Below, piece after piece: positions 1 to 14,195 of a stretch of DNA of 64,000 nt. Positions within the stretch are counted from its first letter, which is position 1. Every line of letters starts with the position of its first letter. Made by a program: the position numbers and the translations under genes. The notes below the pieces were generated by a model that was not told the DNA's origin, ran no database searches, and was given only the letters and a program-made list of their open reading frames with translations. This DNA comes from Octopus vulgaris (Eukaryota): NCBI GenBank assembly GCA_951406725.2, contig OX597825.1:76880001-76944000 (forward strand), written 5' to 3'.

Positions 1-260
1 CGCCCAGCCAGTGGGATGGCGTCATCTTATGGCTAAAACAGCACGAAGAACGAAGAGAAAAGGAAAAGGGCCTCAGTACCCTGCACGTCAATCGGGCCAC
101 TCCATGACGGCGGAGTGCAACTCGAGCGACGAGAGGATCACGTGGATGAGAAAGGCGCGATCCAGAGAGGAGTGGACAGCGTGCTGTGACCAGCAGTGTC
201 AAATGGACGCCTGACGGACTGGTCGGTCAAAGTGATCAAAGTGATATATATATATATATA

Positions 261-440
261 GGGAGAATTAACAAAAGAGACAAAAGTTGTAGACAGGTGG
301 TGTAGGCAACAAACATATGTATTAATTTAACGCACGGGAAGTGAAAAAGTATTTAATGTTTCGAGCCGACGCTCTTCCACAGAAAGGAACGCAGACAGAA
401 ACAAGGAGAGAAAATATAGATTGTGTAGTGGCTAGCGATA
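261..440 (-). mobile_element. Short (TA)-flanked Penelope-like non-autonomous element with variant hammerhead motif; same family as 40921-41136
   Basis: Reverse complement aligns by eye along its length with 40936-41133. Minus strand 382-358 reads CTGTGGA-A-GAG-cgtcgg-CTC-GAAAC. Confidence 0.55.
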
Positions 441-522
441 TACGCACATACATATACACACAAATATGTATATGTTTATGAACATTACGCTATTATGCAC
501 ATATAGAAGCATATATATATAT

Positions 523-596
<74 letters not shown>

Positions 597-812
597 GTAT
601 ATATATATATATATATACATGTATATATACATATGTATATATGAGAGGGGTACCCAACATTAACGTTCACTGTGGGAAAGACCCGTAGTAGTTCAGGCTT
701 CCGCCGCTAGAAGCCACTTGATGCGATCCTCATGCATCGGACTGCTGAGCGGCGTTGTCCTGTGAAGTCATACTGCCACATGGCACGTCTTTCTTTTGCA
801 ATACTTCTCCCT

Positions 813-1162
813 AGACTTATTCTTTGTAAGCCTAGTACTTATTCTATCTATGTCTTTTGCTGAACCGCTAAGTTACGGGGGACATAAGCTCACCAGCATC
901 GGTTGTCAAGCGATATATATATTCATTCAAGTGTCCTGCACGGCTACAAGCAATGTGCCATAAATAAGAATATTTTACACGATTAGGATTTGACTGTCCT
1001 TTTTAGCATGTAGGAAGTCCGCATGGTGGCCTTGTCTCCGTCTATAAATTTTTATACACTCTTATATTATAAAAATATTTACGTCTTCTGACTTTTATTA
1101 CGCCTGCTAACCACTGGCATAAATCATTATTTTAATAATTTTTACCCTTATATATACAGGTA

Positions 1163-1196
<34 letters not shown>

Positions 1197-1400
1197 CATA
1201 AATTACATATACATACACACACACACACGGCGTGGTTCTTTCAGTTCCCGTCTGCCAAATCCACTTTTAAGGCTTTGGTCGGCCCGAGACTATAGTAGGA
1301 GACACTTGCCTAAGGTGCTTGCCTAAGGTGCCACGCAGTGGGACTGAACCCGGAAGTATGTGGCTGGGAAGCATGTTTCTTACCACACCCCCACGCCTAT
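813..1400 (-). mobile_element. SINE family A (tRNA-derived, CORE-like), split by an insert in its internal microsatellite
   Basis: 3' part 813-914 and 5' part 1228-1400 match the intact copy at 50458-50858. Confidence 0.75.
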
Positions 1401-2104
1401 GCGCATGCGCGCATTTGTATGTTAATTGCACGGTTTCTAATAGTTTTTCGTTATTCATCTGTAACCTCAATGAGTTTTCCTAGAACGTTAATAATTGCAA
1501 CATTATTAATAACAACAACAACAGAAAACAATCAATAATTACAACAACAACAACAACAACAAACAATGTAACAGGTCAAAAGCAACAACAACATCTTACA
1601 CATCGTACGGAATGCTCAAAAAGAAAAAAAAAACAAAGAACAAAAACTGCAGTACGGTAGGCCAACAGCATCACCAACAAGGAAAACCAGTAAAAAAGGG
1701 ATAAACAACAGCAATAACAACCATGACAACAACAATGACAATAGGAAGAAGGTATGCCCAAAGGCCAGGTGACATTTTAAAGGGAATTGATTAAAGACGA
1801 TATATGCCCAAGAAACAAGAAGTATTTCTAAGTCTTTAGAGAGAGAGAGAGAGAGAGACAGGGTGAGAGAGATGGGGGGAGAAGAGATGGAGTCCCACCA
1901 CGAGCGCACAGACAGATACTACAAATATATAGGAACGCACGGAGGAAGGAGGAGGAAGTGGAGGAAGAAGGAAGAGGAGGTGAAGTAGGAGAAGGAGGAG
2001 GAGGTGGAGGAGGAGGAGGAGGAAGAGCATCGACAAGACAGGATCGTTTGAAATAATTATCGAGACACAAATAGAAGGGCAATATGACACACGCACACAC
2101 AATC

Positions 2105-2157
<53 letters not shown>

Positions 2158-2266
2158 ATATATAGAAATTATATAACACACATACACACATGCATATATA
2201 TGTGCATATATATGTGCATATATCTGTGTTTATAAGTATGTATACGTATGTGCATGTGTGTGTATA

Positions 2267-2315
<49 letters not shown>

Positions 2316-2514
2316 AGAGAGAGAGAGAGAGAGAGAAAGCGGGAGAGAGAAAGTGAGAGAAAGAAAAATAGACAGAGAAAGACAAAGATTAATAGAAATA
2401 AGGATATATATATATATATATATACAGAGAGAGAGGGGGGGAGAAGAAAGAGAGAGGGGAGAAGAGAGAGGAAGAGGAAGGGGAAAAGAAAGAGAGAGAG
2501 AGAGAGAGATGTGT

Positions 2515-2715
2515 GGTGTAGGACAATGGCGGCCAGATTTGTTGGACTCAAAGAAGGAAAAAACATAAATGAACGAGTTGTATGAGATGTGACAGCCAAT
2601 GAAAATACATTTCTGAGTGGAAGGAACAAATATGGCGAACATTAGCAACACTAAAATAGAATTTAATTAGAAACCCGCGGGGCGGGGGCGGGAAAGTATT
2701 TTGTTGCTAACCATT
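2515..2715. promoter_or_regulatory. Promoter/enhancer-like motif cluster
   Basis: ATGGCGGC and ATGGCG (YY1-like), TGACAGCCAAT, TAGCAAC and GTTGCTA (RFX half-sites) and GGGGCGGGGGCGGG (GC boxes) within 200 bp of unique sequence. Confidence 0.3.
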
Positions 2716-2933
2716 GAATTCTTGCCACTTTTAAAAAAATATTTTTCTCTTTTTTTCTTTTTTACCCCTTTTTTTTTAATTATATTTTTCTTATATCAGT
2801 TTTCAATTTTCTTCTTCTGTTCTTTGGGGACAAAATCAATGAAGAAGATGATTTCGAGATTTAGAAATATAAATAAATAAATAAATAAATAAATTGTCTT
2901 TATCTGCCGACCGTCTTGTCTGTCTTTGGCGCT

Positions 2934-2936
<3 letters not shown>

Positions 2937-2971
<35 letters not shown>

Positions 2972-3017
2972 CATCATCATCATTCTTCTTCTTCTTCTTC
3001 TTCTTCTTCTTCTTCTT

Positions 3018-3094
<77 letters not shown>

Positions 3095-3185
3095 TATTAT
3101 TATTATTATTATTATCATCAACATCATCATCATCATCATCATCATCCTTACTACTACTACTACTACTACTACTACTATTATTATT
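2937..3185. repeat. Compound trinucleotide microsatellite (CAT)n(CTT)n(TAT)n(CAT)n(TAC)n
   Basis: Directly visible. Confidence 0.95.
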
Positions 3186-3575
3186 CCATCATCATTAACC
3201 TCCTCCTTTCCCTCCTACTCATTCATCTAGTTCTTTTATGTCTTGTAATTTTAGCATCATCTCTGTCTCTTCTTGCTGTCCGTAGTTGTCCGTCGTCATC
3301 TTCATCATCATCATCGTCATACCATCATCATCGTCATTATCAACATCATCATCGTCGGTGGTGTTATCTTCTTCGTCCTCGTTGTTGTCGTCGTCCATCT
3401 CTTTCTCATCATCGTCGTTGTTCTCTCCTCCTCCTCCTCCTTCTTCTCATCCTCATCACTATCACCGTCACCATCGTCCTCATTGATAGGAGGAATGATT
3501 ATGAATTCTTCAAAACCCCTTCACACACCTTTATACATTATACAGATATGGACATTACCGCACTTCTTACATGCC

Positions 3576-3957
3576 ACATACATACATACATACATACATA
3601 CATACATACATACATACATACATACATACATACATACATACATACGATACATACATACATACACACACATACATACATACATACATACATACATACATAC
3701 ATACATACATACATACATACATACATACATACACACATACATACATACATACATACATACATACATACATACATACATACATACAAACATACATACATAC
3801 ATACATACATACAAACATACATACATACATACATACATACATACATACATACATACATACACACACACACATACATACATACATACATACATACATACAT
3901 ACATACATACATACATACATACATACACACACACACATACATACATACATACATACG
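3576..3957. repeat. (TACA)n microsatellite; similar tracts at about 4440-4676, 13525-13935, 17925-18380, 19930-20158
   Basis: Directly visible. Source of the YIHT/MYVC pseudo-ORFs. Confidence 0.95.
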
Positions 3958-3964
3958 TACATAA

Positions 3965-4410
3965 GACGAGTGATCCCATGGCTTCTGATCTTCACTGATT
4001 GTAAATGTAATCATGTACATATTTTGTCTTGGTGTAAAAGATGGACTACAGCAAATATTCTGCCACAGATTTGCTTGCCATTTGGTTGGCCTTAACCAAT
4101 TGAGCATGTCTCTTAGTGGCTGACGATACGTGCATCTCTGATCACGACAAAAGTATTGGGGGAGCATCAAAGCCATTTGCTGAGAGGAATGCTTTGGGGT
4201 TTGAATAAATCACCCTAAACAAACCTTATCCGGAGACCTTTTGAGCGGGATGGGCTACTCGACATGGAGAAAATTCTAACTGGGCCCCACCTGCAAGGTC
4301 ATGCGCTGTTTATCTTGATACAAGGACACCGTGTCGCGAACATATGGTTGTGATGCACGTGCCTGGTGTACCCTTACCAAACGGGTGCTCATGATGGGTA
4401 TATTGGGCTT
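3965..4410. repeat. Unclassified interspersed repeat between TACA tracts
   Basis: GC-richer block bounded by microsatellites. It resembles an abundant octopus repeat recalled from memory; single copy in this window. Confidence 0.35.
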
Positions 4411-5781
4411 CCTGTCACTTTGATGGCATGCTCCGCTCTCACATACATACATACATATCTACATACATACATACAGACATGCATGCATACATACATGCAT
4501 ACATACATACATAATACATACATACGTACATAAATACATACATACATACATGCATGCACGCATACATACATGCATGCATACATACATATATACAAACATA
4601 CATGCATACATACATACATACATACATACATACATACATACATACATACATACATACATACACACATACATACATACGTTGATATTCAGCTTGTATAGCT
4701 ACGACTCGGCCAATATAGGAAATTTATAGACTAAAAGAAAGTTATAGTTGGGTAATGTGCTGCGTAAGAAGGATTGGGCTGAATGGTTGAGCAGATCCTG
4801 GGAAAAATTTAATCTCTCCTCTTTCCTCACTCCCCATATATACATATATACCGTGTATATGTGTGTGTGTGGTGCGTGGGTGAGAGAGAGAGAGATAGAT
4901 AGAGAGAGAGAGAGAGAGAGAAAGATTGGCAGGCAGACAGACAAACAGATAGAACTAAAATGCAAGTGCAGAAAATGAGGGAATACGTAAAAGACCGTGC
5001 GTGTCAGAACATAGAAACATCAACAACAGAGAGCAGAATCAAACAGTAACAACAACAAGAACAACATCAACAAAAGCTACGAAGTGTGTAACAGTAGCAA
5101 ACCCAGAAGCTCACCAATTAATTAATTCGAACACTAGATTCATCAATATATCGTCCGACATGTGATGGCTGTCGATGTCTTGTGTTGTGTAGATTGTGGG
5201 AAATATTCCAATAAAGCATACTTTGTTTTCTTACTTAACATGCTTTAAGAGAATGTTAAGTAAAATCGATGTGGAAACACAGCAGGGGTTCGGTTTCTCG
5301 TGGTGGAAATCTATGATGCAGAGATGTTTACCATTACGAAAAGATTATGGTGGAAAGCGTGGAATACCTGTGTTTTTTTTCCCCTTTTCTTGTCGTTTTT
5401 TTTCTTATTTTTTTCTGGTGTTTTTGGATCGATGTAATATAAGCGGAAGTGATGGATGTAACTTTTAACGTACGTCAGGAGTTCATAGCCGAAGAAGAAC
5501 AGGTCAGATGTGGGAGGTTCTGCAGGTTTGTTTCAACTGCTAGAGATGGCAGTCAAATCTCTTTGTTAAAACCATATTCTTCTGTCAGAAGACAAAGAAA
5601 GGACAAATTCAATAATGTAGGTGTAGAAAACCTTAAAAGAATGGAATGGTTACGGCTGGAATATCTTCGGGCTAAGCAATAACGATTAGTTCAACAGCAA
5701 TTAGTACATGCAATTACATGGTTCAATACTGCATTACGTAACGCTATATGACACCAAATTGAACTACGAAGAGCTATACAA

Positions 5782-6152
5782 CACTGCACAGCAATTAGAT
5801 CGCAACACGGCAGTCTGATTGCAACACAGTAATCAGGTCGCAACACAACAATCAGATCGCCGCACATTATTCAGATAGCAACACAGCATTCAGGTAGCAA
5901 CACTGCAAACAGATCGCAACACTGCAAACAGATCGCCGCACTGCATTCAGATCGCAATATTGCAATCAGATCGCAACATTGCAATAAGATCGCAACACAG
6001 CAATCAGATTATAGCACAGCATTCAGATTTCAACACAGCATTCAGATCGCAACATTTCAATCAGATCGCAACGCAACATTCAAATCACAACATTGCAATT
6101 AGGTTGCAGCACAGCAATCAGATCGCATCACAGCAATCAAATCGCAACGCAG
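5782..6152. repeat. 19-bp minisatellite, consensus CAGATCGCAACACAGCAAT, about 19 degenerate units
   Basis: Periodic cagatcgcaac/cagatcgccgc every 19 nt. Confidence 0.9.
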
Positions 6153-7517
6153 CGCTATACTATAGTATAGAGGACTACAAAATACACTACAACACAACGC
6201 AACACTACAAACGAAATGAGACTGTTGGGCCCGGCGGATGCTGCCGATTTGGCGCAGCCGACTGGATATTCAGCCTGCATTGGGGACAGTACGATGGATT
6301 TAGTCTACCACCAAATGAGGTGGTCCAGTCTTCAACCCTAATTCACTCCCATTGTATAGTTCAGCCCAAATCTATGATAAAATACTCACTCGCCTAAAAT
6401 GCTGCACGGTCAGACCGAACCCAGTACATGGAGACTCAGAGCGAATTCATTAACCGTAAAGCAACGTCTGTATTCAATTATCCTGGAGAAATAAATGCAA
6501 TATGACAATAACCTCTTTTTATTTCTGATTCAATTCATTTATTATTAAGTTTCCGATCATATTTAATCTATCTTATACAAGACAGAACACGTCCACCGCA
6601 AGAAAACCAGTTTTAACCAATTTTTCGCGCTTTTTATGTTCCTGGTTATGAATGTCTAATACTAATACCATCAATGACCAATAATTAGTAAGCACCAATA
6701 TAATTTACCTGGCATCAGAATGGAGTTTTGGAATTGTACATTGAATTTTGTGTCTCGTAAGAAATCGAAGAAGAAACGCCTAGAGGCCACCAGATGGAGA
6801 CGTCTCTATCATTAAATAGTCTAGTCTTTCGACCAATTCTGTGCTGGGTGCTATACAATGTAAACCACGAGGGCCTAAGGGAGATAGAAACATATCATTT
6901 AATAAATTCTATGAATACAGTTTCTGTAACTAAAGAATAAAGCACCGGATTTAGAAAATTATGACATATAAATCCAAACTTTCCTTCTACAAGACTTTGT
7001 AATCTAAACAATACGTTAAATTATGGCGGCCACATTGGAATCAGCGTTGGATAGGAGCCAGTCTCAGGAAGTGTCTCAGCAGGTAATCAATTTGCTAGAA
7101 ATAGCAACTAAATCTTCTTCACTTCGTTACCTGTTATGTTGAATTAAGGAAGGACTCTTTGGATAATGTAGTCCTGGATGAAAATATCGGTCGGTCACTA
7201 TCGTGAAAATATTCAGGATACTGACTTAGCGGTTCAGCAAAGAGATAAATAGAATAAGTACCGGATGTTAGAAAAAAAAATAACTAGGTTTAATTCGTTC
7301 GACTAAAAACTCTTAAAAGTGGTGCTACAGCATGGCCGCGGTCTAATGACCGAAACAAGTGAAAGATAGAAGATAAAAGATATATTAGATGATGTAGCGG
7401 TTGATGAATTCAAAAACGACGGGAAGGCCACATCTGGAATGTTAATGATTATAGGAGTGAATGATCGAAGACGACAACAACAGTATTACTACACTTTGGG
7501 ACAATACTGATATGTGT

Positions 7518-7572
<55 letters not shown>

Positions 7573-7644
7573 TGTGTGTGAGTGTTTATATATGTACGTA
7601 CGTAATACATACATATAGATATACATACATACAGGCATGCAGGC

Positions 7645-7708
<64 letters not shown>

Positions 7709-7740
7709 GGATAGATAGATAGATAACAATACTAGTAATA

Positions 7741-8545
7741 ATTCTTTCTCATTTTGATATAAGGTGAGTATTTTAAGGAAAGAAGAGAGCCGATTGCATC
7801 AGATCCTGTATTTGAATGAGATTTTCTTTTAGAGAACCCGAAAGGATGAAAGGCAAAGCCGAACTCGGCGGCATATGAACTCAGAACGTAAACAGCCACA
7901 AAGCATTTTGTCTGACACCGTTTCTGCCAGCTTCTGTCGCCTTACTGATAATAATGGTTTCAAGTTTTGCCACAAGGACAGCATTTTGGGGAAAGGGATG
8001 AGTCGATTACATTCATCCCAGTATTCTACTGGTACTTAATTTATTGACACCGAAAGGATGAAAGGCAACGTCGACCTCAACAGAATTTGAACTCAGAACA
8101 TAGCAAGGGGAGAAATACCTATTTCTTTACTACCCACTAGGGGCTAAACACAGAGAGGACAAACAAGGACGGATAAACGGATTAATTCGAGTATATTGAC
8201 ACCAGTGCGTAACTGGTACTTGTTTAATCGACCCCGAAAGGATGAAAGGCAAAGTCGACCTCGGCAGAATTTGAACTCAGAGCGTAGCGGCAGACGAAAT
8301 ACCGCTAAGCATTTCGCCCGGCATGCTAACGTTTCTGCCAGCTCGCTGCCTTATGTAACGAGGTTTGGAATTTGTGGGGACGGGGCAAGTCGATTATATC
8401 TGTCTCAGTTCATTACTGGTACTTGTCTCATCGACCCTGGAAGGATGGAAAGCAAAGTCGACCACGGTGGCATTTGAACTCAGAACGTAAACACGGACGA
8501 AATGCCGCTGAGCATGTTGTCCGGTGTACTAACGATTCTGCCAGT
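7741..8545 (-). mobile_element. Tandem cluster of four SINE family B copies (tRNA head plus Meta/MESC-like central domain)
   Basis: Four near-repeats of GAAAGGATGAAAGGCAAAGTCGACCTCGGCAGAATTTGAACTCAG, the reverse complement of the copy at 26193. Confidence 0.8.
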
Positions 8546-8560
8546 ATAATAATGACACGT

Positions 8561-8797
8561 TCTTTCACTCTTTTACTTGTTTCAGTCGTTTTACTGCGGT
8601 CATGCTGGAGCACCGCCTTTAGTCGAGCAAATTCGACCCCAGGACTTATTCTTTGTAAGCCTCGAACTTATTCTATCTGTTTGTTTTGCCGAACCGCTAA
8701 GTTACGGGGGGGCGGGTGAACACACCAACATCGGTGGTCAAGTGATGGTGGGGTGACAAACGCAGACACACAAAAACATGCATACACACAAACACAA

Positions 8798-8858
<61 letters not shown>

Positions 8859-9018
8859 ACGGGTTTCTTTCACTTTCCGTCTACCAAATCCACTCAGAAG
8901 GCTTTGGTCAGGCTTGAAGCTGTAGTAGAAAACACTTGCCGAAGGTGCCACGCAGTGGGACTGAACCCGGAATCATGTGACAGTGAAGCAAGCTTCTTAC
9001 CCCACTGCTACCCCTGCG

Positions 9019-9020
<2 letters not shown>
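8561..9020 (-). mobile_element. SINE family A, full length with internal (TA)n
   Basis: Reverse complement of the 50458-50858 type, with a (CTTTTA)-like tail at the left end. Confidence 0.85.
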
Positions 9021-9102
<82 letters not shown>

Positions 9103-9702
9103 CATATATTGAGAGAAAGAGAGAGAGAGAGAGAGAGGCAGACAGAGAAAGATGTATGACTGTGTGCGTGTGTGTATGTGTTTGTTTGTGTGTGTGTGTG
9201 TATGTGTGTGCAGATATGCATACATATGTGTATTCCATATGTGATAATAATTATAATGAAGAGAAACAAAGAAACAAAGAAGAGAACGAGAGAAGCGGGG
9301 GAGGAGGAGGTGGGGTAGAGGGAAAGGGTGTTTCGGAAGTGGAGGAGCATGTATGGGAGAAGAAGAAGAAGAAGAAGAAGAAGAAAAAAAATGCCGACGC
9401 GACGGGGATTAGCACTGAGAGTAATGGAATTCCGTTTGTTGAACATGACAAGCTCCTACTTTGATGGAATGGTAAGGAAGAATAACGTCTTAGGATGTTT
9501 CCTTTCCGAGTAGAAGATCATCCTTGACACAGATATCTCGTAGTTTGAACTTTGAATTGCACAGTATTATTAATGCTAACGCTTCGCATTTCTGCATTCT
9601 GATGAGACTCAGACACGCCACAGAGCGGCATCGACATGTAAAGCGCATTCACGCACACATACAATAACGCTACATCTAGATGTTCACAATATATACATAC
9701 AT

Positions 9703-9747
<45 letters not shown>

Positions 9748-9774
9748 TATATACACACACATATATACACACAT

Positions 9775-9865
<91 letters not shown>

Positions 9866-9934
9866 TATGCATACATATATATATTATATATATATATATA
9901 TATACATGCATACATACATATATTATATATATAT

Positions 9935-9978
<44 letters not shown>

Positions 9979-10837
9979 GCATACATTCATATATTATATA
10001 TATTATATACACACATACACATACATACACATACTTACGCGCACGCACTAATCTTCTGTATATACATCTGCATGTACGCATATTAATAGGATATGTAAGA
10101 ATGAAAGGAAAGAGATTTCCTTGCCTACGCTTTATCTTTCTTTAACCTGTTTCAGTCAATTGGCTGCGGCCATGCTGGGGCACACCCTTGAAGAGTTATA
10201 GGTGAACTAATCGACCCCAGTAATTATTCTGTTTTAAACGTCTGTTTACGCCGCCCAAAATCTATATATACATGTATATATCTATATATATTTATATGTG
10301 TGTGTATGTGTGTATGTGCGTCTGCACAGAATTGTATAGCGTATATAATCTATTATAATAGCAAGAGTGACCCTATGGACATCTCATCCGTTTCACGTGT
10401 CAAGCTATATATATATATATATACATACATGCACATGTATATAAACTTCTAATGAGCATAAAAATTGATAGTGTAACTTTATGCTATGTATAAATGGTGC
10501 GTGTTTCAGTAAGCCGATTGGTGATATAACGTAAGGATGTCATTTAACATGACGTATGTGTATCGTTGAAAGGCCACGAGCAGTAGTTTGCGTCCGAAAA
10601 ATATCCTTTTATAGACCTATTGTGTTAAAAAAAATATGCTATACTGAAGAGTAAGGTGAAATGGAATTGCCTCAGAAGTTACTGCGGGTGTGGGAGACGT
10701 GCATTTCGTTGTGAATGCCGGGTCTCGATCCCATGGACTCGTGTCACTTCCGAAACATGGTACCACCGGCAAGTCTGAAGTATCCAGCGAAGGTATATAA
10801 TTAATGCACCAGTTTGTGATCATTTTGCTTACGCAGA

Positions 10838-10895
<58 letters not shown>

Positions 10896-11030
10896 CGCAC
10901 ATGTTGATTGTAGATATTCAAAGAAAGTGAATTTAGATATATTGCTTGATATTGTTTGTTTATATTATATTCAATATATGTATACTTAGCATTTTTTTAA
11001 ACGTTAGCGTTAATTTATATGCTGGCAATT

Positions 11031-11069
11031 AGACTAATCTATTTCTTTTTTCTTCTGTTGCAGGTAAGT
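11031..11069 (+). promoter_or_regulatory. Candidate recursive splice site (zero-length exon)
   Basis: Branch-like ACTAAT, polypyrimidine tract TTTCTTTTTTCTTCTGTTG, CAG (11061-11063) immediately followed by perfect donor GTAAGT. Confidence 0.5.
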
Positions 11070-11185
11070 CTCTCATTGAAACTGGTTTTATATTGAAACA
11101 GTCCCGAGAACAAAACTGGTATAACTCCACTGGATTTATTGCTTGTCTTTAAGTATGTGTGACTACACACATGTATATATGCATG

Positions 11186-11291
<106 letters not shown>

Positions 11292-12775
11292 AGTAAGTAT
11301 GCATATATGTATATGTATACATCTACAGGTATGTATATATGCAAAACATTATTGGAAAGAAAATCATGAATATGAGAATATCAAATAGAATATCTATCAT
11401 ATAATATAAATATAATATATACAACAAATTCTGCATACATCTATAACCATGTCTATATGTGTCTACAAAGAAGAGTCATCAAAATACTAATCTTTGAAAT
11501 ACTTTCATTCATACATACATACATACAAGTATGCATATACACATATACACATACATACATGCATGCATACAAGTATGCATACATATATACATACAAGCAT
11601 ACATACATGCATGCATACATATGCACACATACGTGCATGCATGCATACATACACACACACATATACGCACACAGGCACAAAGACGCAAATATGTGTGTGT
11701 GTATGCGTATTGTGCTAAGTTAAGGGGCGGTGACAAGGGAAAATTATGTTAATGTAAGTTTTCACCGTATATTAAATCTAGATGGTATATGTATATATAT
11801 TTGTGTGTGTGTGTGTGTGTGTGTAACATATTTTCCAGCATACTACTTGGAATATAAACTTGGAATATAAAATATAATCATGTAGTGCAAACATTCAAAC
11901 ATTGTTACTATCTTTCCAAATCCTGTTGTATTTCACATGGAAATTTTGGTCCTCCAGCGTCGTTTTAGTGTTTAAGGCGGCTTCCCTTTTTTTTACTTTT
12001 TCCTTTTTTTTTGCTGCGAATTTTACTCTGAAAATCTGAAAGATTCGACCATTATCAGAAAATACGGGAAATGTATGTCCATATATATATTCAATTGAAA
12101 TAAATTCGGTTTAAAATTTTAGTCAATCTTCAGGTTAACGATAATAGTTAAATAAATAAGCAAATAGAGTTAAACAATATTCATTTTAAAAAATAAATAA
12201 AATAATAATTTTTCTTATAGAAAAAACTCCATTAACTAAATTTGAAACTTAAAACATTAGGATTATTTCCTACAACACATTTATTATGTTAAATATTTAA
12301 TATTTAAAGTAAAAACAAAACAATAGATAGAAATATGTATTTATCTGTGACGATATAATTTGGCTTCAAAGAACATTAATTAACTATAGAATATCTTTAA
12401 CTCAGTTATACTCCAATATATAATTATCAAATTATTTTACAAAATACACTATTATCAAAAACATTTTTACGATCTATATCGCAAAGTGACTAACTAATAT
12501 CTTAAAATTTACGCTCAGCTATAATAATAATAATATACTAATAATAATTAAATAAATGTACATATCTAAATTATCTTTAACAACTAAAAAAATTATAAAC
12601 TCAAATTTAACAATCAATAGTTATATAGAATACAATAATATTTCTTAAATAAAAAAAAGTTTACTTATCTCTCGAAAAGTTAATGACACGCTTTTCTGTC
12701 TCTGGAGTTGTTTTAACTCTTAACTTTAGCAAAGGCGGTGCTAGTTAGTACTCTCCGTCATTTTTGTGACCTCTA

Positions 12776-12810
<35 letters not shown>

Positions 12811-12813
<3 letters not shown>

Positions 12814-13014
12814 TTTGGGTGAGCGCCAACCAGATCGCAGTGTCTCAAGTGTAACAACCCGAAACAGTTATGACTTCTGGTACTTGACTGAGGAAAGATG
12901 GACACGAATGACCCGTCTTTTTTTTCCTGTCCTTCTAAGTTTTGTTCCTCCTGTCCTCCCTTGGATCATTTATCTGTACCAAAGTTTTATTGTCTTCTAT
13001 TGCGTTTTTGTTCC

Positions 13015-13018
<4 letters not shown>
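12811..13018 (+). mobile_element. (TA)n-flanked short element; family shared with 38116-38380 and 41153-41320
   Basis: Shared ccGAAA...gaCTGAGG...CGAATG(A/T)CC(C/T)GTC core followed by a pyrimidine-rich tail. Confidence 0.5.
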
Positions 13019-13086
<68 letters not shown>

Positions 13087-14130
13087 GCATATATACACGA
13101 GTATCTTTTACATCTATGCCTTTCTCTCTCTCTCTCTCTATCTCTCTATATATATATATATGTTTGTGTGTGTGTATATAAATATATATATATATATATA
13201 CACGCACACATACATACATACATACATATATATATATATACACGAACACATACATACATATATATATATATACACACACACACACATACATACATACATA
13301 CAGTTGTTTGGCCGCCATCTTCTTTTTCTTCTACATTCTCCTGTCTTTTCTTCTTTGTTTAATCCTTTTTCATAGCATTCTATATATCTTATTTAACCTG
13401 GAAATATTGTAAAACGTTAAAATTTAAAAAAATACTGCAGAATTCGTCTCGGGAAAGCATCTTGTTTTGGAGTACAATTCTGAAAAGAACGACGCCCGAT
13501 TGTCTGGTTAATACAGTGAATGATGCATACATACGTACGTACGTACGTACATACATACATACATACATACATACATACATACATACATACATACATACAT
13601 AAACACATACACACATACATACATACATACATACGTACGTACGTACGTACATACATACGTACATACATACATATGTACGTACATACATACATACATACAT
13701 ACATGCATACATACATACATACATACATACATACATAAACACATACACACATACATACATACATACATACATACATACATACATACATACATGCGTACAT
13801 ACATACATACATACATACATGCATACATACATACGTACGTACATACATACGTACGTACGTACATACATACATAAATACATACATACATACATACATACAT
13901 ACTTACATACATAGATACATACATACATACATACGTATGTATGTATATATATGCATGTATACATACACACACACACGCACACACGCACGCACTCACACAC
14001 ACACATATATATATATATATGGAAGGCGCTGGACTGGCAGAATCATTACGCCACTTGGTAGATAGCTAGAGATAACTGTAATATCTGGATTATAGCTAAA
14101 TATCTGCTAGACTGCTAGGTGTTAGATAGA

Positions 14131-14195
<65 letters not shown>

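Noticed and set aside
1-242. GC-rich block with 67-aa ORF
   Set aside because: Truncated by the window edge; probably a retroelement end but cannot be classified.
7093-7107. GCTAGAAATAGCAA identical to part of the Cas9 sgRNA scaffold
   Set aside because: Only about 14 nt, flanks do not match, and the scaffold loop is an engineered linker; coincidence.
7741-7769. AAG|GTGAGT recursive-like site
   Set aside because: Lies in a decayed SINE B tail and has a non-YAG acceptor.
9599-9620. CTGATGAG hammerhead start
   Set aside because: No stem II followed by GAAA downstream.
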